This document shows positions 45,336-53,994 of a stretch of 64,000 nucleotides of DNA, piece after piece. Location of the stretch: the IMG/VR virus record IMGVR_UViG_3300010373_000039, positions 33,456 to 97,455 of that record; one strand, given 5' to 3'. The DNA is from a virus. Position 1 is the stretch's first letter. Each line of letters opens with the position of its first letter. The notes below the pieces were generated by a model, which was not told where the DNA came from, did no database searches, and saw only the letters and a program-made list of their open reading frames with translations. Both the position numbers and the translations under genes were made by a program.

Positions 45336-45428
45336 ATGAAGTGTGATGACGGGCGGTTATGTTTGCGGACCCGTCATACCGCCGAACCTTACCTTTGCGC
45401 CGCCGGCGGTCCCTATGGCACACTTCAT
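45336..45428 (-). ncRNA. Candidate structured 5' leader RNA (three-way junction)
   Basis: Perfect stems of 10, 8 and 7 bp; starts at the predicted TSS and ends just before the RBS. Confidence 0.6.
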
Positions 45429-45429
45429 G

Positions 45430-45465
45430 GACTATTACTATATGATAGTCATGATCAAATGTCAA
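45430..45465 (-). promoter_or_regulatory. Sigma70-type promoter with operator palindrome
   Basis: TTGACA-17-TATAGT; GACTAT-N9-ATAGTC inverted repeat over the -10 box. Confidence 0.75.
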
Positions 45466-46916
45466 TCCTCGTCGGTAAAATCCTCATCCGTGTCATCGGC
45501 ATTTTCGATCATGTTCCAATAGGTATCCTCGGCCATTAACGCGCTGTCGATGGCGAATTGGCCAATGGCCAAATTCTGCGACACCAACACCTTCATGTTT
45601 TTCCGGTTGCCGCGAACCTTGGGTGCCGCAATACGGGTGAACCCCAAATCATATTCGGCCTCGGTTTGATTCAATGACAAAATGATGTCGGCCGTATGCT
45701 CCTTACCACGACCCTCCGATGCCCGTCCGGTGCGGATGATTTTGCCCTGCTTGGTTTCGTTGACCTGGCTAAATCCACACACCATCATGTTCCGCGCCCC
45801 GCCGATGCCGCGAAGGTCCACGGCTATCTTGGTCAATTCATTGCGCTGGTGTTTGGTGTCGTGGTCGAACAAATCCGGGTAATCGACGATCAAAATGTCC
45901 GGGATGAACGAATGCGCCCCCTCCATGTAATCCATGTATGCCTTCAATGTGCGGACGGTTAGTGTCCCGGATGGAAAATCCTTGACCCACAATTTGGGAC
46001 GGTTACGCAACGGTTCCAATTTTTTCAACAACCGGGCGTAGGCATTTTTCCCGTTCAACGTCAACCGCTTCAATTCGCGGGACCGGTGACCAATGATCCG
46101 GCCTAATTCGTCCTTGTCGAACCGGCGGATAATCACATCGGCCTCGTCCAAACTCACCGAGCAAATGGCCTGCACGTATCGTTGCACCACTTCTTCCTGT
46201 GACATTTCACACGAGATGTGCATTACCTTGTAACCATGGCGAATCCCCATCTTGCCGATATGAACCGCGAACCACGATTTGCCCGTTCCGGTGTCGGCCA
46301 ACGTCAAATGATATTTCTTACGTGCCGGTCCTAGTTTGTACCGGTCCAATTCGGGGATGCCTAACGGAAGGAAATCGGTTTCGTCGCGGTTATAGAACGA
46401 CAATGCTTGGGTGGGATCATTTAGCAACAACCCCGGTGACAACGATTCCAGCGACGATCCGCGACCGGCCGACGCCATGATTGCCTCGGCCTCCAGCAGC
46501 GCGGTTTCGTCCCCGGTTTCCGCCTTGCGGCCCAACCCGATGATTTTGGCGGTATTGGCCTTCATCCGTTGGGTGCGGACGAATACCGAAACCTTATCAA
46601 ATAGATATTTGCGGTTTAATCCCTTGGGTCCGTCCAATCCCCGCTTGACCGAATTCAATGAATCCAAAATCCGGTCGTACATTTCCGCCGAATCTTCTTT
46701 GCGGGCCTTAAGCGTATCCACCAAATCCATGGTGTGTTCGCCCGGCGGTTTCTTGTATTTTTCGTGGTAGTCGATCGCCGATTCGGCCAAATCCCGGTAG
46801 TAGGGGTCGAATTGCCGGGCCGGCACCAACGAACGGACAACATTGGCGGTCGGGGAATTGTCAAAGCAAATCAGCGCTAGAATTCCCTCCTGGATTGCGG
46901 TCGTCAATAGTTTCAT
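45462..46916 (-). CDS. dnaB: DnaB-like replicative helicase
   Basis: LGIPELD, ADTGTGKS, ISCEMS, IVDYPD, SQVN, KVR. Confidence 0.85.
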   Translation of the reverse strand: MKLLTTAIQEGILALICFDNSPTANVVRSLVPARQFDPYYRDLAESAIDYHEKYKKPPGEHTMDLVDTLKARKEDSAEMYDRILDSLNSVKRGLDGPKGLNRKYLFDKVSVFVRTQRMKANTAKIIGLGRKAETGDETALLEAEAIMASAGRGSSLESLSPGLLLNDPTQALSFYNRDETDFLPLGIPELDRYKLGPARKKYHLTLADTGTGKSWFAVHIGKMGIRHGYKVMHISCEMSQEEVVQRYVQAICSVSLDEADVIIRRFDKDELGRIIGHRSRELKRLTLNGKNAYARLLKKLEPLRNRPKLWVKDFPSGTLTVRTLKAYMDYMEGAHSFIPDILIVDYPDLFDHDTKHQRNELTKIAVDLRGIGGARNMMVCGFSQVNETKQGKIIRTGRASEGRGKEHTADIILSLNQTEAEYDLGFTRIAAPKVRGNRKNMKVLVSQNLAIGQFAIDSALMAEDTYWNMIENADDTDEDFTDED

Positions 46917-46920
46917 TCAA

Positions 46921-46933
46921 CCTATTTATACCC
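46921..46933 (-). promoter_or_regulatory. Phage-specific promoter-like motif GGGTATAAATAGG
   Basis: One of at least 7 copies of the GGRTATARNTAGG family; 4 nt before the helicase ATG. Confidence 0.6.
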
Positions 46934-47001
46934 CAAATAAAAACCCATCCGCACCACACGGCACGGATGGGAATCGATAGGACACAACCAAACGGAAGTT
47001 T

Positions 47002-47478
47002 TTACTCGGACGAACGGCCCGGCAATAAAACCAATTTCAACAAACCGGCCGGCCCATAGCCGGGCAAATGCCGGTCCACGACCATGGCCACCTCGGTCAT
47101 GCCATGGGCCACGGTGCGCGGGGTGACCGGGATGCGGCGCTTGCGCAAATCCTTGACGATCATTCCGCACAATAATTTGATGGCCCGGACGGTTTGAACC
47201 CGGGCACGGCCGGGACGCAATTCCTTGCGGATAAATTCCATCATCGTGTTTACGCCGACCATGAACCGTCCCCGGGTCGCGGTATTCAACACCGAAACGG
47301 GAACGAACCGGCCCAACAATTGCGACAACACCTTGGCGACCATCTCGGCATCATCGGACGTGCCAACGGCAACGGTCGGTGCCGCACCGGTCGGGTTTTG
47401 CAAAAATTGGATGCGCGCCGCCGCCTCCCGAAGTTTTTCCGGGGGCAACGTGGATAATTGTTCCAATACGTCAACCAT
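47002..47478 (-). CDS. Hypothetical protein upstream of the helicase (possible loader)
   Basis: FPGY-like LPGY..GLL C-terminus; position. Confidence 0.6.
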   Translation of the reverse strand: MVDVLEQLSTLPPEKLREAAARIQFLQNPTGAAPTVAVGTSDDAEMVAKVLSQLLGRFVPVSVLNTATRGRFMVGVNTMMEFIRKELRPGRARVQTVRAIKLLCGMIVKDLRKRRIPVTPRTVAHGMTEVAMVVDRHLPGYGPAGLLKLVLLPGRSSE

Positions 47479-47523
47479 TACAACATCCTATACTCCCGCA
47501 ACCCAAAAATGGAACGCCCGATT

Positions 47524-47766
47524 TTAACCCACAATTTCCTTGCCGTTGTCCCGTGCCCATTTGCGGACCTCGGCCAATCGAAACCGGATACTGTCCCGCT
47601 CGTCACCCGGAACCACGACGTAGGGAAGGCCATGGTTAAACATCCATTCCCGGACCGTCAATTCCGATTTCCCGAACAACTGGACCAAACGTGCGGTGGT
47701 CACCAAACCACGCAAAACGGTGTACTTTCCCCGCCGTTCGGTTTTTTCCATCAAATCCATCGCCAT
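47524..47766 (-). CDS. Small HTH (excisionase/MerR-like) protein
   Basis: L..LFGKSELTVREW..GLP..IRF.L.EV..W; RBS GAGGT. Confidence 0.7.
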   Translation of the reverse strand: MAMDLMEKTERRGKYTVLRGLVTTARLVQLFGKSELTVREWMFNHGLPYVVVPGDERDSIRFRLAEVRKWARDNGKEIVG

Positions 47767-47831
47767 ATCACCTCGCAACTAACACTAAACTATAGTAAAC
47801 CCCGGCCAACGTGGCAAGCAGAAAATGCAAG

Positions 47832-47864
47832 GGGTATAAGTAGGACAACAACCTATTTATATCC
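47832..47864. promoter_or_regulatory. Inverted pair of GGRTATAARTAGG motifs
   Basis: GGGTATAAGTAGG (+, 47832-47844) and GGATATAAATAGG (-, 47852-47864). Confidence 0.6.
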
Positions 47865-48164
47865 GTCCCACGGCTACGGATCGCTGCGGCAACCGTGGGG
47901 GCATGATCCGGTGGCCCCGTAGATCGGAATCGTTAAGACGCAGGGACCTGACCTTACCCTGCGCAATGTCCCGTTTGCATGGCGTCAATACCCGGCCCCA
48001 AGGGTTCACGACAAAACCGCACACGGATCAAACATTGGCTCCTTCGGTTGGAACAACGTGGTATCCCCTAGCGGATGCCTAAGAAGCCGGTAGATCACGA
48101 CTACCTTAAATGACATTCAACCGGTCCTATGAGACCATACCCGGAACCATACCGCGTATCCCTC

Positions 48165-48257
48165 GGATTAGGATAGATTTCTTCATTGAAGAATTTCTAT
48201 TGCCGAGGTGTAATTCTCTTCACTGATAATTACACCTCGGGGACTCCTAATCCACCA
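48165..48257 (+). ncRNA. tRNA-like three-way-junction element ending in ACCA
   Basis: 9-bp closing stem GGATTAGGA/TCCTAATCC plus ACCA; 13-bp perfect inner stem; no T-arm. Confidence 0.4.
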
Positions 48258-48600
48258 CCCCTACCACCCGCGTGTAAACTCTCTTCTCTTATAATAGAAT
48301 AGATGAATGAGAAATGAAAAATACAGCGCTTTATGGAAAACAGCGCTAAAATGCCCACCAATTAGCGCTTCTTGCGATCCAATGCGCGATTCTCCCATCA
48401 GCGCCAATCAACAGGGGACCATTCTCTCACCGAACTCGTCGAACGAAATTTATTATCTTCACGAAAACCACTTGCTTAGCGATGCACCGATGATCGCGAT
48501 GACCTCTTCTGCCGTGGCTGGCCGTGGCTCAGCCGATAGGAAAGAGCCGCCCTCTTCCCAAAAAACAAATGCGTGGTCTGGATTACCCGTCACGGATCGC

Positions 48601-48993
48601 TCAACAAGGGTAACCGTCCCTGACGCGGGGCGGTCTCACGGCGTCGGTTATTCGTTGTTTTCCCTCCGGACACCATCCAAAATGATCCGTGAACAAATCG
48701 CGTTCCCAAAGTTTTATTTGAATGTGGATCGGTGGGATTCGATAATCCTTAGATGATACCCGCATAACATCCGGGGATTGGTGAACGGAAATCGGCGGAA
48801 ACACCGCTACCGGGATCACCTGTTCCGGCCGTTCGTAATGAATGTGAAAAAACAACAGTTTCGTTCTTACGGACAAACCGGATGTGTTTTTAAGAAATTT
48901 TGCATCCACGTCCACGGAGAAATAACCGGGGCCGGAATGGATTTCCCGGATAAAGGTTTCTACCATGGATCGTTGGTATTCAACCCACACCAC
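48601..48993 (-). CDS. Hypothetical protein
   Basis: Continues the minus-strand operon. Confidence 0.45.
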   Translation of the reverse strand: MVWVEYQRSMVETFIREIHSGPGYFSVDVDAKFLKNTSGLSVRTKLLFFHIHYERPEQVIPVAVFPPISVHQSPDVMRVSSKDYRIPPIHIQIKLWERDLFTDHFGWCPEGKQRITDAVRPPRVRDGYPC

Positions 48994-48995
48994 AT

Positions 48996-49613
48996 TTAAT
49001 CCTTTATCGGTTCAAGTTTGATCCCCCACACCCGATCCTCGGCCATGGTATTTTTGGTTTCGTTGATGATCCGGGCCAAATCGCCCAAATCCGCCGACGT
49101 GATTTCCCGTGGGATGTCAATCACGGCATCCACCAACACCGCCCGCGCGCTGTCCCCCAACCGTTTGTGGATTTGGATCGTGTATTGGCGATTGACCGAT
49201 TCGGCGTCATAGCAACCATCACTGTCAAATCCCAAAGGGTTTAACATTTCGATCACCATCCGGGCGACCCTTTCATTTTTGAAGGTGGTGGCCTCGTCGA
49301 ACGACACATACCGGTAATTGCCGAACCGGTTGATGGTTTTTATGAACCGTTTGCATTCGGTTGAAGGATCACGGTAGAAAATCACCCACCGGGCATCGTC
49401 CTTCAACAATTCCCGGATTTCGTTGAACCGTTTGACGGTAAACAAATCGATGATGTGGGAATCCTGGTAACGCAAATGGTTTTCCGCCTTTTCGCGTGAA
49501 TCAAACCGGCCGGTGTCCCGCAACGTTTCCACGTTACCGTCCATGGGATTGATCGCCACAATGAAGTAGCCGGAATCAAAACCGGCGTAGTTGTCGGGGG
49601 ATTTGGTTTTCAT
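48996..49613 (-). CDS. Hypothetical protein with repeated F-x5-A modules
   Basis: GRFDSREKAE, ATTFKNERVAR. Confidence 0.6.
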   Translation of the reverse strand: MKTKSPDNYAGFDSGYFIVAINPMDGNVETLRDTGRFDSREKAENHLRYQDSHIIDLFTVKRFNEIRELLKDDARWVIFYRDPSTECKRFIKTINRFGNYRYVSFDEATTFKNERVARMVIEMLNPLGFDSDGCYDAESVNRQYTIQIHKRLGDSARAVLVDAVIDIPREITSADLGDLARIINETKNTMAEDRVWGIKLEPIKD

Positions 49614-49915
49614 GGTTTGGTCCGTGTTAGCCGGACGCGCCGCGGGCGTGTTTCCCGGCCGTTAAGGGTGATAAAGGATGCTTCCATAGGCCGTTGATGC
49701 TTAAATAGCGGAAATCGACCGGGCGGCAGCGCCAAACGGATTTGACGGGCGTATAGGTCGAAATCAATTACCAAATCGGCCACCGTTTTTACTACGGAAC
49801 CGAAATAACAAGCGCCGCCACGTTCCCGGCCGTAGCGCAAATAGTCGGGGAACAACGACGATCCCCGAACGCCGGCCGGCAGTTGTTGGAGCAATTGATC
49901 CAATGCCCGGCCCAT
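49610..49915 (-). CDS. Hypothetical protein with Arg-rich C-terminus
   Basis: Coupled ORF. Confidence 0.55.
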   Translation of the reverse strand: MGRALDQLLQQLPAGVRGSSLFPDYLRYGRERGGACYFGSVVKTVADLVIDFDLYARQIRLALPPGRFPLFKHQRPMEASFITLNGRETRPRRVRLTRTKP

Positions 49916-50581
49916 TTATTCATCCCCCGGTTCGTCGTCATCATCGGTTTCGACCACCGGTGCGGGTTGGGGTGGCTCCTCCAAATTGTTGGTGGTGTTG
50001 CGCAACAAAACCTTGAATTGCGGTTGTCCCTGCAGCCGGGTGGCATTGGCGACATCGGCAAGGATTTCTAGCGCCAGCGCCGCATAGTCCGGCACCGAAA
50101 CCTTGAATGTAGAATTGAAAACCTCGCCCATTTCACTTTCAAGGGTCACCTGGTAATGCTTCATGTGCAACGGTTCGTCGCGGAACACAACGCCGATCAT
50201 GCCGCGCGGAGGTTTTATTTTGGACAAAACCTCCATGGCGTCCCGCCACCCGTCGAACCGCTTGGCCGATTCGACCGTGTAGGTGGTGTCGATCCGTTTG
50301 GGTGTCGCCCGTTTATCTAGGTATTTGGTTTTCCACCCGGACGCCGGATTCTTGGGAAGGAATGCGACCAAAAATGGTTGCTCCGCGACCGTGGATTGTT
50401 CGATTTTGCCCTCGTCCCCCATGTTCCACGATTCATTTTCCAACAACTTCTCGGCCGTTACCCGATCCGGAAATTCCGTGGCGTCGTCGATGTTGGGCGT
50501 GAAGGTGGAATGTTCCCCGACCAACCGAAGGTAGGCGCGGGGTGAACCCTCAAAATAGATGTAGAATTTGGTGCGGTCCAT
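49916..50581 (-). CDS. Hypothetical protein with repeated A-x2-F-x5-A modules and acidic tail
   Basis: ATEFPDRVTAE, AKRFDGWRDAM. Confidence 0.6.
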   Translation of the reverse strand: MDRTKFYIYFEGSPRAYLRLVGEHSTFTPNIDDATEFPDRVTAEKLLENESWNMGDEGKIEQSTVAEQPFLVAFLPKNPASGWKTKYLDKRATPKRIDTTYTVESAKRFDGWRDAMEVLSKIKPPRGMIGVVFRDEPLHMKHYQVTLESEMGEVFNSTFKVSVPDYAALALEILADVANATRLQGQPQFKVLLRNTTNNLEEPPQPAPVVETDDDDEPGDE

Positions 50582-50585
50582 GGAT

Positions 50586-51167
50586 TCAATCCTTTGTCAA
50601 TTTGTCCATAACTGGCCCCAACCCCTTTTTGTTCATCGATCCGACCCGTTTGAAGGGGACGGTCAAAACCAGGCCGCAACCATACCACTTTGATTCGGGA
50701 TTGCGGATAAAACCATAACGTCCTTTGGCGGGTTTTTCCTGAAACCCCTCGTAAACCTCTAATTCCTTGGTGTCCATGTTGACGATGTATCCCCATTCGC
50801 ACATGACACTGTTGTAAATAAAATCGTTCCAATTCAACATAACCCCGACCACCAGGGTTTTGTACAACTCCCCTTGCAAACGGCGAAGCAAACAATACCA
50901 ATCCTCTGCGGTTTGGTTCCCGACCGATATATCGGAAAAACGGCCGTACAACATTTGTTGTTGAAGGGTTGGTTTGGTTTTGCGACCAACCAATTCGATC
51001 CGGCGAACGCGCTTGCGGAGATTGTCAATGCTGGCGTAACGCTTCAACATGATGTTAAGGTCATATAGAACGGCATCCCCCAGCGCATCGGGTGCGCTGT
51101 CGCAATGGTTAATTGAAAGCTTGTCCGCACCGTCGATCCGAAATCCAAAAACGCCACGGGTAGACAT
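50586..51167 (-). CDS. Conserved phage hypothetical protein
   Basis: MSTRG..GF..H.DS.P..LG, CEWGYIVN.D...LEVY.G family. Confidence 0.75.
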   Translation of the reverse strand: MSTRGVFGFRIDGADKLSINHCDSAPDALGDAVLYDLNIMLKRYASIDNLRKRVRRIELVGRKTKPTLQQQMLYGRFSDISVGNQTAEDWYCLLRRLQGELYKTLVVGVMLNWNDFIYNSVMCEWGYIVNMDTKELEVYEGFQEKPAKGRYGFIRNPESKWYGCGLVLTVPFKRVGSMNKKGLGPVMDKLTKD

Positions 51168-51176
51168 GATAATTCC

Positions 51177-51917
51177 TTATCGGTGTGGTTTCCGTTTTAG
51201 TTTCTTCCGGCGCTTGGCCGGTTTTTCATCCAGCGCCCGCTGGTTGGCCTTGATCTCATCCAACATATCCAAGGCGCGCTGCCGGCCCGGTTGGGTGTCC
51301 TGCGGTTTGGCTATACCCAGGTGTTGTTGGATCAACGACGGGTCGGGCGTGGGATCATTGCCGTAGACCGTGAACGGGTCCAACCCAAGGTTGATAATGG
51401 CTTGGTCGATGTTTTTCTTGATTTGTTCGGCCAATTTGGGGTTGCGTTCCATGCGGGCGCGTTTGTAGTCATTGACCCAACCCTGCAATCCGGGTGGGAT
51501 CGTTCGACGTAATGCCTCGCCGATAACCCGATCCGCCTCCTCCACCAATTTCGTTTTGAATTTGGTCAATGTGGATTGAAGGATTGATTGGGTAGCATAG
51601 GGCGATGCCGTTTGGGGTGAATCAAACGCCGGTTGGTTGGGTGGTTGTGCGGCCGTGACGCCTTCCGTCGCGATGGGTTGTTTGGCCTTGCAATAGAAAT
51701 TGTTGGACCCGGCCGGCAATTCCTCACCGGTTTTCATGGCGTCGGACGCGATTCGGCACATTTGCCGCAACCGGGTGAATTCATCGACCGGCATCGAAAC
51801 GTGAAGCTCATCCCCGATTTCGGTCCGAAGAACCAAATAGACCTCGATGGTTCCATTGCCCGGGTTGTATAGACATACCCGTTGCGGTGACGTGTTGCGG
51901 TATTTGATATTGGTCAT
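51177..51917 (-). CDS. Hypothetical protein with basic C-terminal tag
   Basis: 246 aa, ends KRRKKLKRKPHR. Confidence 0.6.
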   Translation of the reverse strand: MTNIKYRNTSPQRVCLYNPGNGTIEVYLVLRTEIGDELHVSMPVDEFTRLRQMCRIASDAMKTGEELPAGSNNFYCKAKQPIATEGVTAAQPPNQPAFDSPQTASPYATQSILQSTLTKFKTKLVEEADRVIGEALRRTIPPGLQGWVNDYKRARMERNPKLAEQIKKNIDQAIINLGLDPFTVYGNDPTPDPSLIQQHLGIAKPQDTQPGRQRALDMLDEIKANQRALDEKPAKRRKKLKRKPHR

Positions 51918-52108
51918 GGTTCATCGTCCTCATTGTTCCTGTGGATAAATCGCGTTACCCACGGCTCCCGCCATTCGCAAATCCCGAAGATTATAGCGCA
52001 CGCGGCATAGATGTTGCCGAACACCGCCCGCGTGGTGTGGTCGTCCGTATGAATTGCGACGATTGCCGCTAATGCATAGACAACAAGGAAAAACAAATGG
52101 GGCTTCAT
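51914..52108 (-). CDS. Small membrane protein (2 TM), probably leaderless
   Basis: Two hydrophobic segments; ATG at the predicted TSS. Confidence 0.55.
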   Translation of the reverse strand: MKPHLFFLVVYALAAIVAIHTDDHTTRAVFGNIYAACAIIFGICEWREPWVTRFIHRNNEDDEP

Positions 52109-52109
52109 C

Positions 52110-52145
52110 GACTATTACTATATAATAGTCATAGCCGCGTGTCAA
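52110..52145 (-). promoter_or_regulatory. Sigma70-type promoter with operator palindrome
   Basis: TTGACA-17-TATAGT; GACTATTA-N5-TAATAGTC. Confidence 0.75.
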
Positions 52146-52411
52146 TTGAGAAATCCACCACGGCGTATTTCGAAGGGTTTTTCCGCCGATTTGCGGCGCT
52201 TGCGGTTGGACCTTTCCAACGATTGTAATTGCACCGCCAACGTGGCCCCGCGAAGGTAGGCGATGGACCACGGAACCGATAGGGTTAGGCGGGTGCCCTT
52301 GCGACGAAGCAAAATGGCGTGGGGTGTTTCGGCTACCAACAACGGCCGTCCGTCATAGACGGTTTCGGTTTGATGCCACACCGGGCGGATGCGTCGTTTA
52401 ATTGTGGTCAT
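52142..52411 (-). CDS. Hypothetical basic protein
   Basis: RBS GGAG; LRRKGTR...PW motif. Confidence 0.55.
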   Translation of the reverse strand: MTTIKRRIRPVWHQTETVYDGRPLLVAETPHAILLRRKGTRLTLSVPWSIAYLRGATLAVQLQSLERSNRKRRKSAEKPFEIRRGGFLN

Positions 52412-52555
52412 TGTTTCTCCGATTCGATTCCAAGATCTCGGCAACCACCTCACAATGGTCATCGCCGCTCAACCCCTTTTTTGAAAAATCGCTTGTGTTG
52501 TCGCATCATTACGCGAATGCGATCATCCACAAACTCTTGTTGCTTGTCATTCAAT

Positions 52556-52804
52556 TTATCCTCGCTTTCGTTTGGGTCGGTTGGCCGGCGCACGTTTGCC
52601 GATTGTAAAGACATAGCCGTTATTGGCCAATACATGCTTGGCGCACGCCCGGCCGAAATAAAACAAACCCTGGGAATGTTGGGCCGGAACGGAACCGGGC
52701 AACCCGTATTGTGAGGTTCGCATATCCAATTCCAATTCAACCATCGTTTTGGGGTTTAGTTTTTCCCCGCACCGTTCGCAATGTGGATCGTTAATTTCGG
52801 TCAT
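52556..52804 (-). CDS. Small zinc-finger phage protein
   Basis: CERCGEKL..LEL..SQG.F.FG..CA. Confidence 0.65.
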   Translation of the reverse strand: MTEINDPHCERCGEKLNPKTMVELELDMRTSQYGLPGSVPAQHSQGLFYFGRACAKHVLANNGYVFTIGKRAPANRPKRKRG

Positions 52805-52820
52805 GCGTTCCCTTCGGTTT

Positions 52821-52860
52821 GACTATGACTAAATAATAGTTTCCGGATCGGCATTGTCAA
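52821..52860 (-). promoter_or_regulatory. Promoter/operator variant
   Basis: TTGACA plus ACTAT-N9-ATAGT repeat. Confidence 0.55.
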
Positions 52861-52965
52861 TAGAAATCTTTAGAAAAATTGGATTTTTCGTCCTCCGAGA
52901 CGGATATAAGGGAAGGTGGAAAACTCTAGCGTGGTTCGATGATAACAGATTTTTGGATTTTTCCT

Positions 52966-52993
52966 TTGACATTTCCATAAAGGTCGTCATACT
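52966..52993 (+). promoter_or_regulatory. Sigma70-type promoter of the + strand island
   Basis: TTGACA-16-CATACT with AT-rich upstream tract. Confidence 0.5.
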
Positions 52994-53326
52994 TCAAGGA
53001 AATGGCCACACACGGCCGAAAGGACAAACCAAATGACCGTGGCACTACTACAAGGAGCAAACGATGCGAAACCACACACATTAGACCAATCCGGACGATG
53101 CGAGTTAATCACAACGACCATGGCGATGGCCCGGAACCTATCGCGGTCGGACAATCGAAAATGGCGATACACACCGGGCGTTCCGGCGATATCGCCCGCC
53201 CCGATTCCGGTTGGTGCCGAACGCATGGCGGCAATCCGAAGGGGCAATGAAATTGACCGAATGAATGCCATGCGAACGACCGAGAACACGTACACCCCGG
53301 ACATCCCCGGGGAAGGACCGGATGAC

Positions 53327-53848
53327 ATGTCGAAGAAGAACAAGAAGGCGGCAATCACCAACAAGAAGGCGGCGGCAAAGCGCGCCAACGAGTCGAAGCG
53401 TGCCAAGTGGCATGGCCTGGGCGTTATCAAATTGATTACCCACATGGGCGCGCTCAATGGCAAGGGTAAGGAATACTACTCGCCCAACCGTGCCATGAAG
53501 ATCATCAAGGCCGCCGGTTTGGACACCACGCTTAACACGATCATCGCCTACCTCGGCGACGGCAAGCGCGGCCTGGGTGTGGTCGATTTCAACCGCGAAC
53601 AATTGTCGGCGTTCCGCGAATTGGCCGACAAGTACCCGGCCGATCCGGACGAGAAGCCACGTTCCGCCGGACGGATCAAGAGATCGGGCAAAAAGAAGGA
53701 CAAGGGATCGTCCAAGAAGACCGACAAGAAGTCCAAGTCCGGCAAGAAGCACAAGAAGGCCGCGAAGGCCGAAGAATCGTCGGACGTGGACGAGGCCGAA
53801 TTGGCGGCGGCGCAGGCCGAGGCCGATTTCGACGGCGACGATGACTAA
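53327..53848 (+). CDS. Lys-rich putative nucleoid/DNA-binding protein with acidic C-terminus
   Basis: RBS GAAGGA; H1-like KKAAAK and KKDKGSSKK tracts; highly expressed codons; frame also open from 53033. Confidence 0.7.
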   Translation: MSKKNKKAAITNKKAAAKRANESKRAKWHGLGVIKLITHMGALNGKGKEYYSPNRAMKIIKAAGLDTTLNTIIAYLGDGKRGLGVVDFNREQLSAFRELADKYPADPDEKPRSAGRIKRSGKKKDKGSSKKTDKKSKSGKKHKKAAKAEESSDVDEAELAAAQAEADFDGDDD

Positions 53849-53877
53849 CCGCCGATCCACCGGCGACCGATGACGCG

Positions 53878-53922
53878 ATGCCCGGCAATCCTAACACGGT
53901 TGACCGGGCATTTTCATTTTTA
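53878..53922 (+). terminator. Intrinsic terminator
   Basis: ATGCCCGG/CCGGGCAT stem plus TTTCATTTTT. Confidence 0.75.
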
Positions 53923-53934
53923 TTAAGATTTTAG

Positions 53935-53965
53935 TTGACAAATCCGGCCGATACTATTACTATGT
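53935..53965 (+). promoter_or_regulatory. Sigma70-type promoter of the operator family
   Basis: TTGACA-17-TACTAT; shares CCGATACTATTACTATGTA with the 39453 site. Confidence 0.75.
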
Positions 53966-53994
53966 ACAAGTCAAATGACGGTAGGAGACACCAC

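Noticed and set aside
45336-45428. Hammerhead ribozyme (TGATGA seen on the + strand)
   Set aside because: Lacks the CUGANGA and GAAA core in the correct positions.
47897-48257. tmRNA (starts GGGGGC, ends CCACCA, about 360 nt)
   Set aside because: The 5' end does not pair with the 3' end into a 7-bp acceptor stem and there is no TTCRA T-loop.
48165-48257. Canonical tRNA-Sec/suppressor (UCA in loop)
   Set aside because: No T-arm, D-loop GG or 7-nt anticodon loop; kept only as a tRNA-like candidate. Genes use TGA as a normal stop, so there is no sign of recoding.
48307-48756. 149 aa + strand ORF
   Set aside because: Opposes the local gene direction, has atypical composition and no RBS, and overlaps a minus-strand ORF; probably non-coding.
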